A DNA stretch of 64,000 bases from Candidatus Altiarchaeota archaeon. Its GTDB lineage: Archaea; Altiarchaeota; Altiarchaeia; IMC4; QMZM01. Below, piece after piece: positions 18,561-28,528 of the stretch. The stretch covers positions 196,468 through 260,467 of the forward strand of contig JAWAEV010000001.1 of NCBI GenBank assembly GCA_038891095.1, read 5' to 3'. Within the stretch, counting starts at the first letter, position 1. Each line of letters starts with the position of its first letter. The notes beneath the pieces were generated by a model. The model saw only the letters and a list, made by a program, of their open reading frames with translations. It was not told the origin of the DNA and ran no database searches. The position numbers and the translations under genes were made by a program.

Positions 18561-19495
18561 TTTAGCAACATTATCCTTGCTAATAAAGCCTCAAGTTGAA
18601 TTCTTTCATTTGCGCCTTCAACAAGTGTAAAGTTTGCTTCTCCTATCAGATCTATAATGCGGACTTTTTTTTCATCTGGAATTTTTAAATTTAAAACTTC
18701 TCTGTTCATTTGTAATAAAATATCTTCGCCGGACATTCCATATTTAAGAATTAGTCTATCAAGCAAATTTCTTGCATCTAAAAATTTTCCTTCTAAGGCC
18801 AAATTTATTAAAGTTTGTATATCCTGTGGATGAGCTTGCGAAGCTATAGCATATACATTTTTCTCATCAACCTTACCAAGAGCTGCCGCTGACTGAAGTA
18901 AATTTATTGCAACTCTCATATCTCCTTCTGAGATATAGACTATAGCATCAATTCCCTCATCTGTGAAATGCACTTTCTCCTTTTCTAAAATTTCTTTAAG
19001 TCTTTTTTCAATTGCCTCTTTTGGAATTTTCTTAAATCTAAAAATAGCGCACCTTGATTGAATTGGCTCGATTATCTTTGATGAGTAATTACAACTTAAG
19101 ATAAATCTTGTCGTTTGAGAATAGCTCTCCATTGTTCTCCTAAGAGCATTCTGTGCTTCTGGTGTAAGAGCATCTGCTTCATCTAAGAAAATAATTTTAA
19201 AATCTCCTGCTAAAGGTTTAGTTCTCGCAAAGTCTTTTATTTTACCACGAACAACTTCGATGCCACGCTCATCACTTGCATTCAATTCAAGAAAATCATA
19301 TCTTATATCATGAAACAATTCCTTTGCAATACAAATTGCAGCAGTTGTTTTTCCAGAGCCTGCAGGACCAGCAAAAAGTAAATGTGGCAGAGATTTTTCT
19401 TTTACATATGCTTCAAGCCTTTCTACAATTGCTTCTTGACCTACAATCTCTTTCAGCCTTTGAGGCCTGTATTTTTCAGTCCAAGGCAATTCCAT
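18557..19495 (-). CDS. rfcS: Replication factor C small subunit
   Basis: [32 protein letters not shown]; no intein. Confidence 0.97.
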   Translation of the reverse strand: MELPWTEKYRPQRLKEIVGQEAIVERLEAYVKEKSLPHLLFAGPAGSGKTTAAICIAKELFHDIRYDFLELNASDERGIEVVRGKIKDFARTKPLAGDFKIIFLDEADALTPEAQNALRRTMESYSQTTRFILSCNYSSKIIEPIQSRCAIFRFKKIPKEAIEKRLKEILEKEKVHFTDEGIDAIVYISEGDMRVAINLLQSAAALGKVDEKNVYAIASQAHPQDIQTLINLALEGKFLDARNLLDRLILKYGMSGEDILLQMNREVLNLKIPDEKKVRIIDLIGEANFTLVEGANERIQLEALLARIMLLK

Positions 19496-19581
19496 TTTTA
19501 CATTAATGAAATTTAAAAATACATTACTAAGTTATTAGAGTTTATATGTTATAAATTCAGAACTGGATTAAAATTTTGAAA

Positions 19582-22500
19582 ATGTCATATGTAGATCTAC
19601 CAAAACTTGAGGATGAAGTGCAAAAATATTGGAATTCACAAAAAATCTTTGAAGAGGTTTGTAATTCAAGAAAAGGAAAAAAGAAATTTTATTTTTTACA
19701 AGGGCCGCCTTTCACATCAGGAAAGGCACATATAGGACATGCATGGAATCACGCTTTGAAGGATTTTGTGCTTAGATACAAAACAATGCAAGGTTATGAT
19801 GTGTTTAGAAGAGCTGGTTGGGATATGCATGGATTACCAATTGAAGTTAAAGTTGAAGAAGAAGTTTTAAAAAGTAAAAGCAAGAAAGATATTGAGAAAT
19901 TTGGTATAGAAAATTTTGTTTCTGAATGTAAAAAATTTGCAATTAGAAATATGCAGTCAATGACTTCTCAACTTAAGAGATTAGGGGCATGGCTTGATTG
20001 GGATAACCCTTACATGACATTAAACAAAGACTATATTGAAAGTGTTTGGTTTGGAATTAAAAAAGCCCATGAAAAAAATTTACTTTATGAAGACATTCAA
20101 GTTATTCATTGGTGTCCAAGATGTGAAACTGCTCTTGCTGGTTATGAAGCCAAAGACCAATATGAAGAGATTGAAGATTTTTCAATTTATGTAAAAGTTC
20201 AACTTAAAGGAAAGGAAGAGAAAATTTTAATTTGGACAACTACACCATGGACATTACCTGCAAATGTTGCAATTGCTCTGCACCCTGAATTTACTTATGT
20301 GAGAGTTAAATTCAAAGGAGAAATTTTAATTTTAGTAAAAGAAATGCTTGAGAAAGCTCTTGGGGAAGATGCAGAGTATGAAATTTTGAGTGAGATGTCT
20401 GGGCAGGAATTAGATGGATTACAATATGTGCAAATTTTAGATATTCCAATACAAAAAGGAGTTGATCATAGGATAGTAATGGCTCCAAATTTAGTTAATC
20501 TTGAAGAAGGCACTGGTTGTGTTCATATTGCTCCTGGTCATGGTGAAGAAGACTTTGAAGTTGGAAAAATTTACAATTTGCAAGTACTTTCACCTGTTGA
20601 CGAACAAGGGCGTCTTACTGCAGAGCCATATAAAGGAATTAACATAAGGGATGCTAATACTCTCATCATAGAAGATTTAAAAAAGAATGGAACTCTTTTA
20701 AAAGAGGAAAAAATTTATCATAGATATCCACATTGCTGGCGCTGCAAATCTCCTTTGATATTGAGAACAACAAAGCAATGGTTTTTAAGAGTTTCAAGAT
20801 TAGTTGATAGCTTAATTGAGAAAAACAAGGAAATTTCTTGGGTGCCAAAGCACATAGGCTCTGGAAGATTTGAAAATTGGCTTATGAATGCAAAAGACTG
20901 GTGCATTTCAAGGCAAAGATATTGGAACACTCCTTTGCCAATATGGCGCTGTGAATGTGGAAAAATTGAAGTTATTGGTAGCATTAAAGAACTTTCCGAG
21001 AAATCAATAGAAAAGATTGATATTGAAAATTTAGATCTTCATAGGCCTTCAATAGATAAAGTAAAGTTAAGATGTCCTTCTTGCAATAAAGAGATGTTTA
21101 GAGTTAAAGATGTTCTTGATGTTTGGATTGACTCAGGTAGTGCTTCATGGGCTTGTTTAGCTTATCCAAAAGATAAAAAACTCTTTGAGGAGTTATTCCC
21201 AGCCGATTTCATAACAGAAGGCTCTGATCAAACAAGGGGCTGGTTTTACTCACTTTTAGTTTCATCAGTTATAGCATTTGATAGAGTGCCGTATAAGAGA
21301 GTTCTCTATCATGGATTTACCCTTGATGCTGAAGGTAGAAAAATGTCAAAGTCTCTTGGAAATGTGATTGATCCTGATGAGATAATAAAGGAATATGGTG
21401 CTGATATACTTAGATTCTATACTCTCTGGGCAACTGTTCCATGGGAGGATTTAAAATTTTCCTTAAAGGGAGTAGCGACCATTGAAAAAATTTTTAACAT
21501 TCTTCTAAATTCTTTCGAATTCGCAATTAGGTATATGGAGCTTGATAAATTTGAATTTTCAAGTAGCTATAAACCAAAATTGGAAGTTGAAGATAGATGG
21601 ATACTCTCAAGATTTAACTCCTTGATAGAGAAAGTTACAGACTCAATGGAGAATCTATATCCACATGAGGTTACAAGAGAGCTAGCAAACTTTATTGTTT
21701 TTGAACTTAGTAGAATTTATATAAAACTCATTAGAGAGCGTGTGTGGACAGAAAAGGATAAAGAAACAAAAATTGCTGCATATTATACTCTTTATGAAAT
21801 TTTTACTGGATTATCAAAATTGTTGGCTCCAATAGCACCACATATATCAGAGTTTATTTACAGAGAAATGACAAATGAAAAAAGTGTTCATTTAACAAAT
21901 TGGCCAGTTTCGAAAAAGGAAGAGATAGATAAAGAACTTGAAAATGAGATGGAAACTGCAAAGGAGATTATGGAAGCCGTAAAATCTGCAAGACAGAAGG
22001 CAAAAATAAAGTTGAGATGGCCTATAGCAAGGATAGTACTTTCACTTAAGAAAGATTCAAAAATTAAAAATGTAAAAGGAATAATTTTGAGATCTTGTAA
22101 TGCTAAGAGAATTGAAGAAAAAACTTTAGAAGAGGAAGTTGTAGCAAAACCGAATTTTTCTTTCATAGGTCCAAAATTCAAAGATAAAAGTAAACTTATA
22201 GCAGAAGAACTTAAAAAATTAGATGGTAAAAAAATAAAGAAAGAAATTGAAACAAAGGGTAAAGTGAAAATTTTGAATTTCACTCTTGAAAAAAATGACC
22301 TAATTTTTGAAACAAAAATGCCCTCTGATCTAATTGCTGAAGAATTTTCAAAAGGAGTTGTCTATATAGATTCAAAAATTTCAGATGAATTGTATTCTGA
22401 GGCAATGGCAAGGGAAGTTATACGCAGAGTGCAAGAGATGAGAAAAGAATTAAACTTGAATGAATTACAAAAGGTTGATATTTCAATAGAATGCGATAAT

Positions 22501-22641
22501 GAATTTACTAAGTTTATAGGGGAGAATAAAAGCTTTATAGAAAGAGAAACAAGAGCTTTAATAACTGAGAAAAAATTTGATGGCTTTTCTAAGAATTGGA
22601 AAATTGAAGGTAAGGATTTGCGTATAACAATAAAAATATAA
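19582..22641 (+). CDS. ileS: Isoleucine-tRNA ligase
   Basis: HIGH, GWDMHGLP, WTTTPWTLP, DWCISRQR, DQTRGWF, KMSKS. Confidence 0.97.
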   Translation: MSYVDLPKLEDEVQKYWNSQKIFEEVCNSRKGKKKFYFLQGPPFTSGKAHIGHAWNHALKDFVLRYKTMQGYDVFRRAGWDMHGLPIEVKVEEEVLKSKSKKDIEKFGIENFVSECKKFAIRNMQSMTSQLKRLGAWLDWDNPYMTLNKDYIESVWFGIKKAHEKNLLYEDIQVIHWCPRCETALAGYEAKDQYEEIEDFSIYVKVQLKGKEEKILIWTTTPWTLPANVAIALHPEFTYVRVKFKGEILILVKEMLEKALGEDAEYEILSEMSGQELDGLQYVQILDIPIQKGVDHRIVMAPNLVNLEEGTGCVHIAPGHGEEDFEVGKIYNLQVLSPVDEQGRLTAEPYKGINIRDANTLIIEDLKKNGTLLKEEKIYHRYPHCWRCKSPLILRTTKQWFLRVSRLVDSLIEKNKEISWVPKHIGSGRFENWLMNAKDWCISRQRYWNTPLPIWRCECGKIEVIGSIKELSEKSIEKIDIENLDLHRPSIDKVKLRCPSCNKEMFRVKDVLDVWIDSGSASWACLAYPKDKKLFEELFPADFITEGSDQTRGWFYSLLVSSVIAFDRVPYKRVLYHGFTLDAEGRKMSKSLGNVIDPDEIIKEYGADILRFYTLWATVPWEDLKFSLKGVATIEKIFNILLNSFEFAIRYMELDKFEFSSSYKPKLEVEDRWILSRFNSLIEKVTDSMENLYPHEVTRELANFIVFELSRIYIKLIRERVWTEKDKETKIAAYYTLYEIFTGLSKLLAPIAPHISEFIYREMTNEKSVHLTNWPVSKKEEIDKELENEMETAKEIMEAVKSARQKAKIKLRWPIARIVLSLKKDSKIKNVKGIILRSCNAKRIEEKTLEEEVVAKPNFSFIGPKFKDKSKLIAEELKKLDGKKIKKEIETKGKVKILNFTLEKNDLIFETKMPSDLIAEEFSKGVVYIDSKISDELYSEAMAREVIRRVQEMRKELNLNELQKVDISIECDNEFTKFIGENKSFIERETRALITEKKFDGFSKNWKIEGKDLRITIKI

Positions 22642-22713
22642 TGCATGAGCTAATTGGATTTTTTATTCTTTGAATTTAATATATACTCATACCAAAAATC
22701 AAAGTTTAGAAAA

Positions 22714-23013
22714 ATGAAAGGTTCTCATGGTATGCGAAGAAGAACAAGAAATTTGAAAGTAAATCCAAGAGATAGAGGTAAAATAAATATAAAGAGATAT
22801 TTAAAGAAATTTAATGAGGGCGATACTGTAGCAATTGATATTGATCCAAGATATCAAGCAATTCCATACCCAAAATTTCAAGGTAGATCAGGAAAAGTTG
22901 TTGGAAAGCAAGGCAGAGCTTATTATGTTTTGATAAAAGATGGTAGAAAGGAAAAGAAAATTCTTGTTACTCCGGAACATTTAACTTCCCTTGAATATAA
23001 AAATAAAAAATAA
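22714..23013 (+). CDS. rpl21e: 50S ribosomal protein L21e
   Basis: SHGMRRRTR, P..KFQGRSGKV; conserved rpl21e-rpoF-DUF655 order. Confidence 0.94.
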   Translation: MKGSHGMRRRTRNLKVNPRDRGKINIKRYLKKFNEGDTVAIDIDPRYQAIPYPKFQGRSGKVVGKQGRAYYVLIKDGRKEKKILVTPEHLTSLEYKNKK

Positions 23014-23023
23014 TATATGAAAA

Positions 23024-23368
23024 ATGGAAGTTCTAAAAGAGAGAAATGTTTCATTGCCTGAAGTAAAAAGCATATTAGAAAAGAAAAAGAAAGAATATGC
23101 TGAAAAAAACCAAGAATTAATATATGAGCAAAAAAGAGCTTTAGAGCATGCAAGAAAATATGCAAAGTTGAGCCATAAAGATGCTGAAGAACTAATGAAG
23201 AAACTTGCAAATTTAGAAATAAAATTAACTGAAGAGCAAATAGTTAAGATTATAGATATAATGCCAAAAACTGTTGATGATATCCGCGCTATATTTGCAA
23301 AGGAGAGATTCAAGTATGAGGAATCTAAGATAAAAGAAATTTTAGATCTAATTGATCAGTACAGATGA
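23024..23368 (+). CDS. rpoF: RNA polymerase subunit F (Rpo4)
   Basis: YEQKRALEH, KIIDIMP..DDIRAIF; synteny. Confidence 0.92.
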   Translation: MEVLKERNVSLPEVKSILEKKKKEYAEKNQELIYEQKRALEHARKYAKLSHKDAEELMKKLANLEIKLTEEQIVKIIDIMPKTVDDIRAIFAKERFKYEESKIKEILDLIDQYR

Positions 23369-23410
23369 TCCAAAAAGGTTACTTTCTTCTAAATTTTTGA
23401 TTACTCTCAA

Positions 23411-24013
23411 ATGGACAAAGAAATAAAAAAGGATGAATATGTGAGGATTTTGGATTTTATGCCAAAAGGGAGAGCAGATATGCCACCACATAGAAGAGAG
23501 CCAATAGCACAATCAATAGGTGAAAAATACTTCTCATTGCTAGAGATAATTCCAAGAAGAGGTATGAGTTTTGAAATTGGTGAAAGAGTTTACATTGGTG
23601 AGGGTACTCGTGATAAAGTTGACCATATAGAGCGTAGGATAAAATATGAGCAATTAACACCAATGAGCAAGTCTGAACTACCACATATTCTTGAAAAAAT
23701 TGTTAGAGAAAATGAGAAAAATTATGTTGATTTTTACAATACAGTAGGAATTATTACAACAAGGCAACACAAATTAGAGCTTTTACCAAGAATTGGAAAG
23801 AGACATAGACAAGAAATTCTGAATGAGAGAGAAACAGAGCCATTTAAAAGTTTTGAGGATATGCAAAAAAGAATTAGAAATCTTCCAGATCCTGCAAAAA
23901 TCATTGCTGAGAGGATAATTGATGAGTTGAAAGGTAATGAAAAATACTACTTATTTGTTCCTCCAAGGGAATATGAGCAAAAGAAAAAATTTGCAAAACC
24001 ACTAGTTGATTAA
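23411..24013 (+). CDS. DUF655 RNA-binding protein
   Basis: ILDFMP.G, H.LELLP.IGK, PFKSFED; synteny after rpoF. Confidence 0.9.
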   Translation: MDKEIKKDEYVRILDFMPKGRADMPPHRREPIAQSIGEKYFSLLEIIPRRGMSFEIGERVYIGEGTRDKVDHIERRIKYEQLTPMSKSELPHILEKIVRENEKNYVDFYNTVGIITTRQHKLELLPRIGKRHRQEILNERETEPFKSFEDMQKRIRNLPDPAKIIAERIIDELKGNEKYYLFVPPREYEQKKKFAKPLVD

Positions 24014-24119
24014 TTTGCTGAGTAAAATTCAAAAATTTTAATATATATGTAGGAAATACAAAATATTAAGGAGTGATTTTTATTGTAAAGAGGCTAACAA
24101 GGGTAAAGAGGTGATTTAA

Positions 24120-24449
24120 ATGGATGAGCTAATGGGTGAAGAAGAAAAAGAGGTGAAAAAGGAAAAAAAAGTGAAAACTGAAAAAGACAGCAATGTTGTC
24201 TTTATAGGAAAAAAAGGGATAATGAGTTATGTGTTGGCTGTTGTTACACAATTTAACAACGGCGAGAAGGAGGTAGTTATTAAAGCTCGTGGAAGAGCTA
24301 TCTCCAGAGCAGTTGATGTCGCAGAGATTGTAAGACAGAGGTTTGTTAAAGATGTTGAAACAAAGAATATAAGTATTGCAACAGAGGAAATTGAAAGCCA
24401 AGAAGGTCCAGTGAAGGTCTCTGCTATAGAGATAACATTGGCAAAATAG
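24120..24449 (+). CDS. albA: Chromatin protein Alba with charged N-terminal extension
   Basis: [31 protein letters not shown]; RBS GAGGTGA upstream. Confidence 0.95.
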   Translation: MDELMGEEEKEVKKEKKVKTEKDSNVVFIGKKGIMSYVLAVVTQFNNGEKEVVIKARGRAISRAVDVAEIVRQRFVKDVETKNISIATEEIESQEGPVKVSAIEITLAK

Positions 24450-24461
24450 AATTTAAGATCT

Positions 24462-24500
24462 GTAGTATTAAAACTACTTCTTTTTTTATTTTTATTATTT
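24462..24500 (+). terminator. Putative terminator after alba
   Basis: GTAGT-ATTAAA-ACTAC short hairpin followed by a long T-rich tract. Confidence 0.4.
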
Positions 24501-24531
24501 CTATCCTAATTTTCTTTCTAATTAAATTAGA

Positions 24532-25017
24532 ATGGCATTACCAATATGCTCAATTTGTGCAAAATCAGGAGTGCTATGCAGTGCATGCGAAGCTAAATTA
24601 CAAAATGGTACAATTTCTGCATTAGATGTTGAGCTATCCAGAATTTTATATAAGATAGGTGAGGATATAGAATTCGAGAGGGCAATTGAAACTGAAAATT
24701 TTGTTATAATACTTACAAAGACAGAATATGTAGGAAAGACAATTGGCAAGGGAGGCGAGAATATAAAAATACTTTCAAAGAAGCTGAAAAAGCCTGTCAG
24801 AGTTATTGGCAGTGAAAATTTAGAGAAGATGATATATGACTTCGTCTTTCCTGCAAAAATTTTGGGCATAAGTTTAATCTACAAAGCAGATGGCTCAAAA
24901 AAATATAAAGTAAGAATAGCAAAGAACGATAAGAAAAAATTAAGGATGAGCGTAAGTGAGATCCATAATATTATAGCTTCGATAACAAAGACTGATGTTG
25001 AAATAGTTTTTGAGTAG
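24532..25017 (+). CDS. Zn-finger/KH NusA-like protein
   Basis: PICSIC..LCSAC, KH motif IGKGGENIK. Confidence 0.8.
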   Translation: MALPICSICAKSGVLCSACEAKLQNGTISALDVELSRILYKIGEDIEFERAIETENFVIILTKTEYVGKTIGKGGENIKILSKKLKKPVRVIGSENLEKMIYDFVFPAKILGISLIYKADGSKKYKVRIAKNDKKKLRMSVSEIHNIIASITKTDVEIVFE

Positions 25018-25018
25018 A

Positions 25019-26314
25019 ATGAGGACAAACTACACTTCTGAGATAAATGAAAATTTTGATGGAAAAAAAGTAATCCTCTGTGGTTGGGCCCATGAAATTA
25101 GAAATTTAGGAAAGGTAAAATTTTTGATTCTTCGTGATAGAGATGGTTTTTTGCAAATAACTGCAAAAAAGGAAATTTGCAATGAAAAAATTTTGGATTT
25201 AATAGATAAAATTAGTAGAGAGTCTGTCATTAGAGTTGAGGGTATTGTAAAAAGAAATGCACAAGCTCCTAAGGGTGTAGAACTAATTCCTGAGAAAATT
25301 GAAGTTATTTCATTAGCTGAAACCCCGCTGCCATTAGATGTAACTAAGAAAGTTGATGCTGACATTGATACAAGACTTGATAACAGATTTTTGGATTTAA
25401 GAAAGCTTGAAGTTGCAGCAATTTTTAAATTGCGTGCAAAAATTTTGAATGCTGCAAGAAATTTTCTAATTAGGAATAAATTCATTGAAATTTACACACC
25501 AAAAATCATAACTGCTGCTGCTGAAGGTGGCACAGAACTTTTTCCAGTTTCATACTTTGATAAAGATGCATTTCTTGCACAATCACCTCAGCTTTATAAG
25601 CAAACAATGATGGCAACTGGCTTTGATAGAGTTTTTGAGATTACACCATATTTTAGAGCAGAAGAGCATGATACAAGAAGACATCTAAATGAGATTACTG
25701 CAATTGATATTGAGATGGCTTTTATAAATAGCGAAGAAGAAGTTATGAAAATTCTTGAGGGCATGACAATAGAGATTTTAAATGAGGCTTCAAGATCAGA
25801 AGAGTTAAAATTTTTAAAGAAAAAAGTAAATGTGCCAAAGAAGATTATTAAAATAGAATATGACACTGCCTTGGAATATCTTTCAGAAAAAGGAAAGAAA
25901 ATTCCATGGGGTGAAGACCTTGATAGAGAGGCAGAAAAAATTCTTGGGGAGATAGTAAAAGAGAGATTTGATCAGGAAATTTACTTTTTAGTTCATTATC
26001 CTCTAAAAGCAAAGCCATTTTATACGATGCCACTTAAAGAAAAATACTCAAGATCTTTTGACTTGGAATATAAAGGTGTTGAAATTGCTTCAGGTGGTCA
26101 GAGAATTCATCAGTATGAATTGTTAAAAGAGAGAATCAAAGAGAAGGGACTAAAACCTGAAAATTTTGAATTTTATCTAAAAGTTTTCAGATATGGAATG
26201 CCACCCCATGGAGGTTTTGGTTTTGGAATTGATAGAGTTATGATGCAAATTCTTGACCTTGGAATTAGGGAGGTTGTTTTATTTCCAAGAGACAGAAATA
26301 GACTAACACCTTAA
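25019..26314 (+). CDS. aspS: Aspartate-tRNA ligase, probably non-discriminating Asp/Asn
   Basis: OB fold GWAH, TRLDNRFLDLR, LAQSPQLYKQ, FRAE, GMPPHGGFG. Confidence 0.95.
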   Translation: MRTNYTSEINENFDGKKVILCGWAHEIRNLGKVKFLILRDRDGFLQITAKKEICNEKILDLIDKISRESVIRVEGIVKRNAQAPKGVELIPEKIEVISLAETPLPLDVTKKVDADIDTRLDNRFLDLRKLEVAAIFKLRAKILNAARNFLIRNKFIEIYTPKIITAAAEGGTELFPVSYFDKDAFLAQSPQLYKQTMMATGFDRVFEITPYFRAEEHDTRRHLNEITAIDIEMAFINSEEEVMKILEGMTIEILNEASRSEELKFLKKKVNVPKKIIKIEYDTALEYLSEKGKKIPWGEDLDREAEKILGEIVKERFDQEIYFLVHYPLKAKPFYTMPLKEKYSRSFDLEYKGVEIASGGQRIHQYELLKERIKEKGLKPENFEFYLKVFRYGMPPHGGFGFGIDRVMMQILDLGIREVVLFPRDRNRLTP

Positions 26315-26315
26315 A

Positions 26316-27257
26316 ATGGAAACTTGCTTAGTTAGTGGAGGAGCTGGCTTTATAGGTTCATGGCTTTGTGAATCCCTTTTAAAAGATTTTAGAGTTATAT
26401 GCATTGATGATCTTTCATCAGGTAATGAAAAAAACATCTCAACTTTGAAAAAGGATAAAAATTTTAAATTTTTTAAGCATGACATAATAAAAAAATTAAA
26501 AATTTCAGGGAAAATTAACTATGTTTTTCACTTAGCATCAAGAGCTTCACCTATGGATTATCAGACATATCCAATACATACAATGCTCACAAATTCTTTT
26601 GGAACTTACAATATGTTAAATCTTGCAAAAGAAAAAAAAGCAAGATTTCTTTTTTCTTCAACATCAGAAGTTTATGGTGATCCAGTAGAGCATCCTCAGA
26701 AAGAAAGTTACTGGGGAAATGTAAATCCTATTGGCATAAGAGCATGTTATGATGAATCAAAAAGATTTTCTGAAGCATTAACGATGACATTTATGAGAGA
26801 ATTTTCAGTTAATGTTAGAATTGTTAGAATATTTAACACTTACGGCCCAAGAATGAAAGAAGATGATGGTAGGGTTATTTCAAATTTTATAACACAAGCT
26901 TTAAAAGGAAAAGAGATAACTGTTTATGGTAATGGCTCACAAACAAGAAGTTTCTGTTATATATCTGATATGGTTGAAGGAATTACAAAAGCGATGTTCT
27001 CAGATAAAGCTTCTGGCGAGGTTATAAATTTGGGCAACCCAAATGAATTTAAAATTTTAGAACTTGCAAAGTTAGTAAGAAAATTAACAAATTCTCGCTC
27101 TAAGATAATTTTTAGAGATTTACCTGAGGATGATCCAAAAAGAAGATGTCCAAATATCGATAAAGCAAAAAGATTGCTGAACTGGAAACCAAAAGTTTCC
27201 TTAGAAAAAGGCTTAAAGAAAACAATCCAATATTTTAAGAATGAGTTTAATATGTAA
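26316..27257 (+). CDS. UDP-glucuronate decarboxylase family SDR
   Basis: GGAGFIGS, STSEVYGDP, YWGNVNPIG, YDESKR, QTRSFCY, DDPKRRCP. Confidence 0.92.
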   Translation: METCLVSGGAGFIGSWLCESLLKDFRVICIDDLSSGNEKNISTLKKDKNFKFFKHDIIKKLKISGKINYVFHLASRASPMDYQTYPIHTMLTNSFGTYNMLNLAKEKKARFLFSSTSEVYGDPVEHPQKESYWGNVNPIGIRACYDESKRFSEALTMTFMREFSVNVRIVRIFNTYGPRMKEDDGRVISNFITQALKGKEITVYGNGSQTRSFCYISDMVEGITKAMFSDKASGEVINLGNPNEFKILELAKLVRKLTNSRSKIIFRDLPEDDPKRRCPNIDKAKRLLNWKPKVSLEKGLKKTIQYFKNEFNM

Positions 27258-27523
27258 TGAATTATAAGATGTGTGCTAAAAGAACTAAAACGATTGGATT
27301 TTTAGGCAAATATAGAACTCGTGTTGGGCAAAGGCTTAGAGCTTATCTTATGAAAATTGAAACTGCAAAAAGAGAGAGCACTTGCCCAAATTGTGGTAGG
27401 AATGTAAAAAGAAAAAGTAAAGGCATTTGGCTTTGTAAAAAATGCGGTTTAGAGTTTACTGGTGGAGCACACTCTGTGAAGGAAGTAAAAGTTAAAGAAG
27501 AATTAACATCAGAAAAAATTTAA
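27257..27523 (+). CDS. rpl37ae: 50S ribosomal protein L37Ae
   Basis: GKYRTRVG, CPNC...GIWLCKKC..FTGGA. Confidence 0.9.
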   Translation: MNYKMCAKRTKTIGFLGKYRTRVGQRLRAYLMKIETAKRESTCPNCGRNVKRKSKGIWLCKKCGLEFTGGAHSVKEVKVKEELTSEKI

Positions 27524-27524
27524 A

Positions 27525-27677
27525 ATGGGCTACATCTGTATTGAATGCGGGGCTGAATTTGAATATGATGAGATTTTAAAGCATAAGTTAAAATGTATCA
27601 GTTGCAAAGAGAAAAGATCCAATATATGGATTAAAAAAAGGCCATCAGAGATAAAGAAAACTGTGATTGCAAGATAG
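27525..27677 (+). CDS. rpoP: RNA polymerase subunit P (Rpo12), below the ORF-track cutoff
   Basis: Manual translation MGYICIECGAEFEYDEILKHKLKCISCKEKRSNIWIKKRPSEIKKTVIAR; Zn ribbon plus KKRP; conserved position after rpl37Ae. Confidence 0.88.
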   Translation: MGYICIECGAEFEYDEILKHKLKCISCKEKRSNIWIKKRPSEIKKTVIAR

Positions 27678-27695
27678 GATTCTTCTTAAAAATTT

Positions 27696-27845
27696 CGGAC
27701 CCGCCGGGATTTGAACCCGGGTCAAGGGATAACTCCGAATCACTATAATGTTTCTTTCTTTAGGATGAAACACTTTCTTTCTTTTTTAAAGAAAGAAAGG
27801 GTTCTCCGAAGTCCCTTAGGATAATCCGAACTACCCCACGGGCCC
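27696..27845 (-). tRNA. tRNA-Arg(UCG) with a 75-nt intron (27731-27805) at position 37/38
   Basis: Acceptor GGGCCCG/CGGGTCC plus G73; anticodon stem AGGGA/TCCCT with CT-TCG-G^A; T arm CCGGG-TTCAAAT-CCCGG; bulge-helix-bulge with CTTC/GGAG central helix. Confidence 0.93.
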
Positions 27846-27904
27846 TCATTCTTATTTTTTTGATATCCTATTATTATCTTAGTAATTCTAAAACAAAAGT
27901 AGAA

Positions 27905-28528
27905 ATGAGAATGCAAATTTTCGACATTCATATACATTCAAATTACTCTGATGGTGTTAACTCTCCAGAAGAGATTGTGAGGTATGCAAAAAAAATTGGC
28001 TTAAGTGGAATAGCAATCACTGATCATAATGAGATTAGAGGTAGCTTAAAAGCGATGAAATTTCAAGACAAAAATTTTAATGTCATTCCTGGAATTGAGA
28101 TATCAGCAATAGAAGGCCATATTTTAGCTCTTTATGTTAAAGAGAAAATAAGTGCTTTGCTTTCTGCAGAAGAAACAATTGAAATTATCCATAAACTTGG
28201 TGGAATTGCAATTGCTGCCCATCCATATGATTTTTTTAGAGGAGGAGTTAGAGATTTAATTTTTAAGCTAAAATTTGATGCAATTGAAATTGAAAATGGG
28301 CATACTCTATACAGCACAAAAAAACCATCAGAGATAAAGAAATCAAATTTGCCATTAGTTGGTGGTTCTGATGCTCATTCTCTTGATGAGATAGGTAGTG
28401 TTTCAATTTTAGTTCCTGAAAATGAAAATTTAGTAGATGCTATAAAGAATAATTCAGTAGAAATTCTCTCCAAAAGAAGCAAAATAAAAACAATTGGAAA
28501 TTTTTTAAAGCGAAGGATTAGATCTTAG
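27905..28528 (+). CDS. PHP domain phosphoesterase
   Basis: DIHIHS..SDG, ITDHN, GIE, AHP, GGSDAH. Confidence 0.92.
   Translation: MRMQIFDIHIHSNYSDGVNSPEEIVRYAKKIGLSGIAITDHNEIRGSLKAMKFQDKNFNVIPGIEISAIEGHILALYVKEKISALLSAEETIEIIHKLGGIAIAAHPYDFFRGGVRDLIFKLKFDAIEIENGHTLYSTKKPSEIKKSNLPLVGGSDAHSLDEIGSVSILVPENENLVDAIKNNSVEILSKRSKIKTIGNFLKRRIRS

Noticed and set aside
27743-27937. 64-aa minus-strand ORF
   Set aside because: Overlaps the tRNA-Arg gene and its intron; spurious
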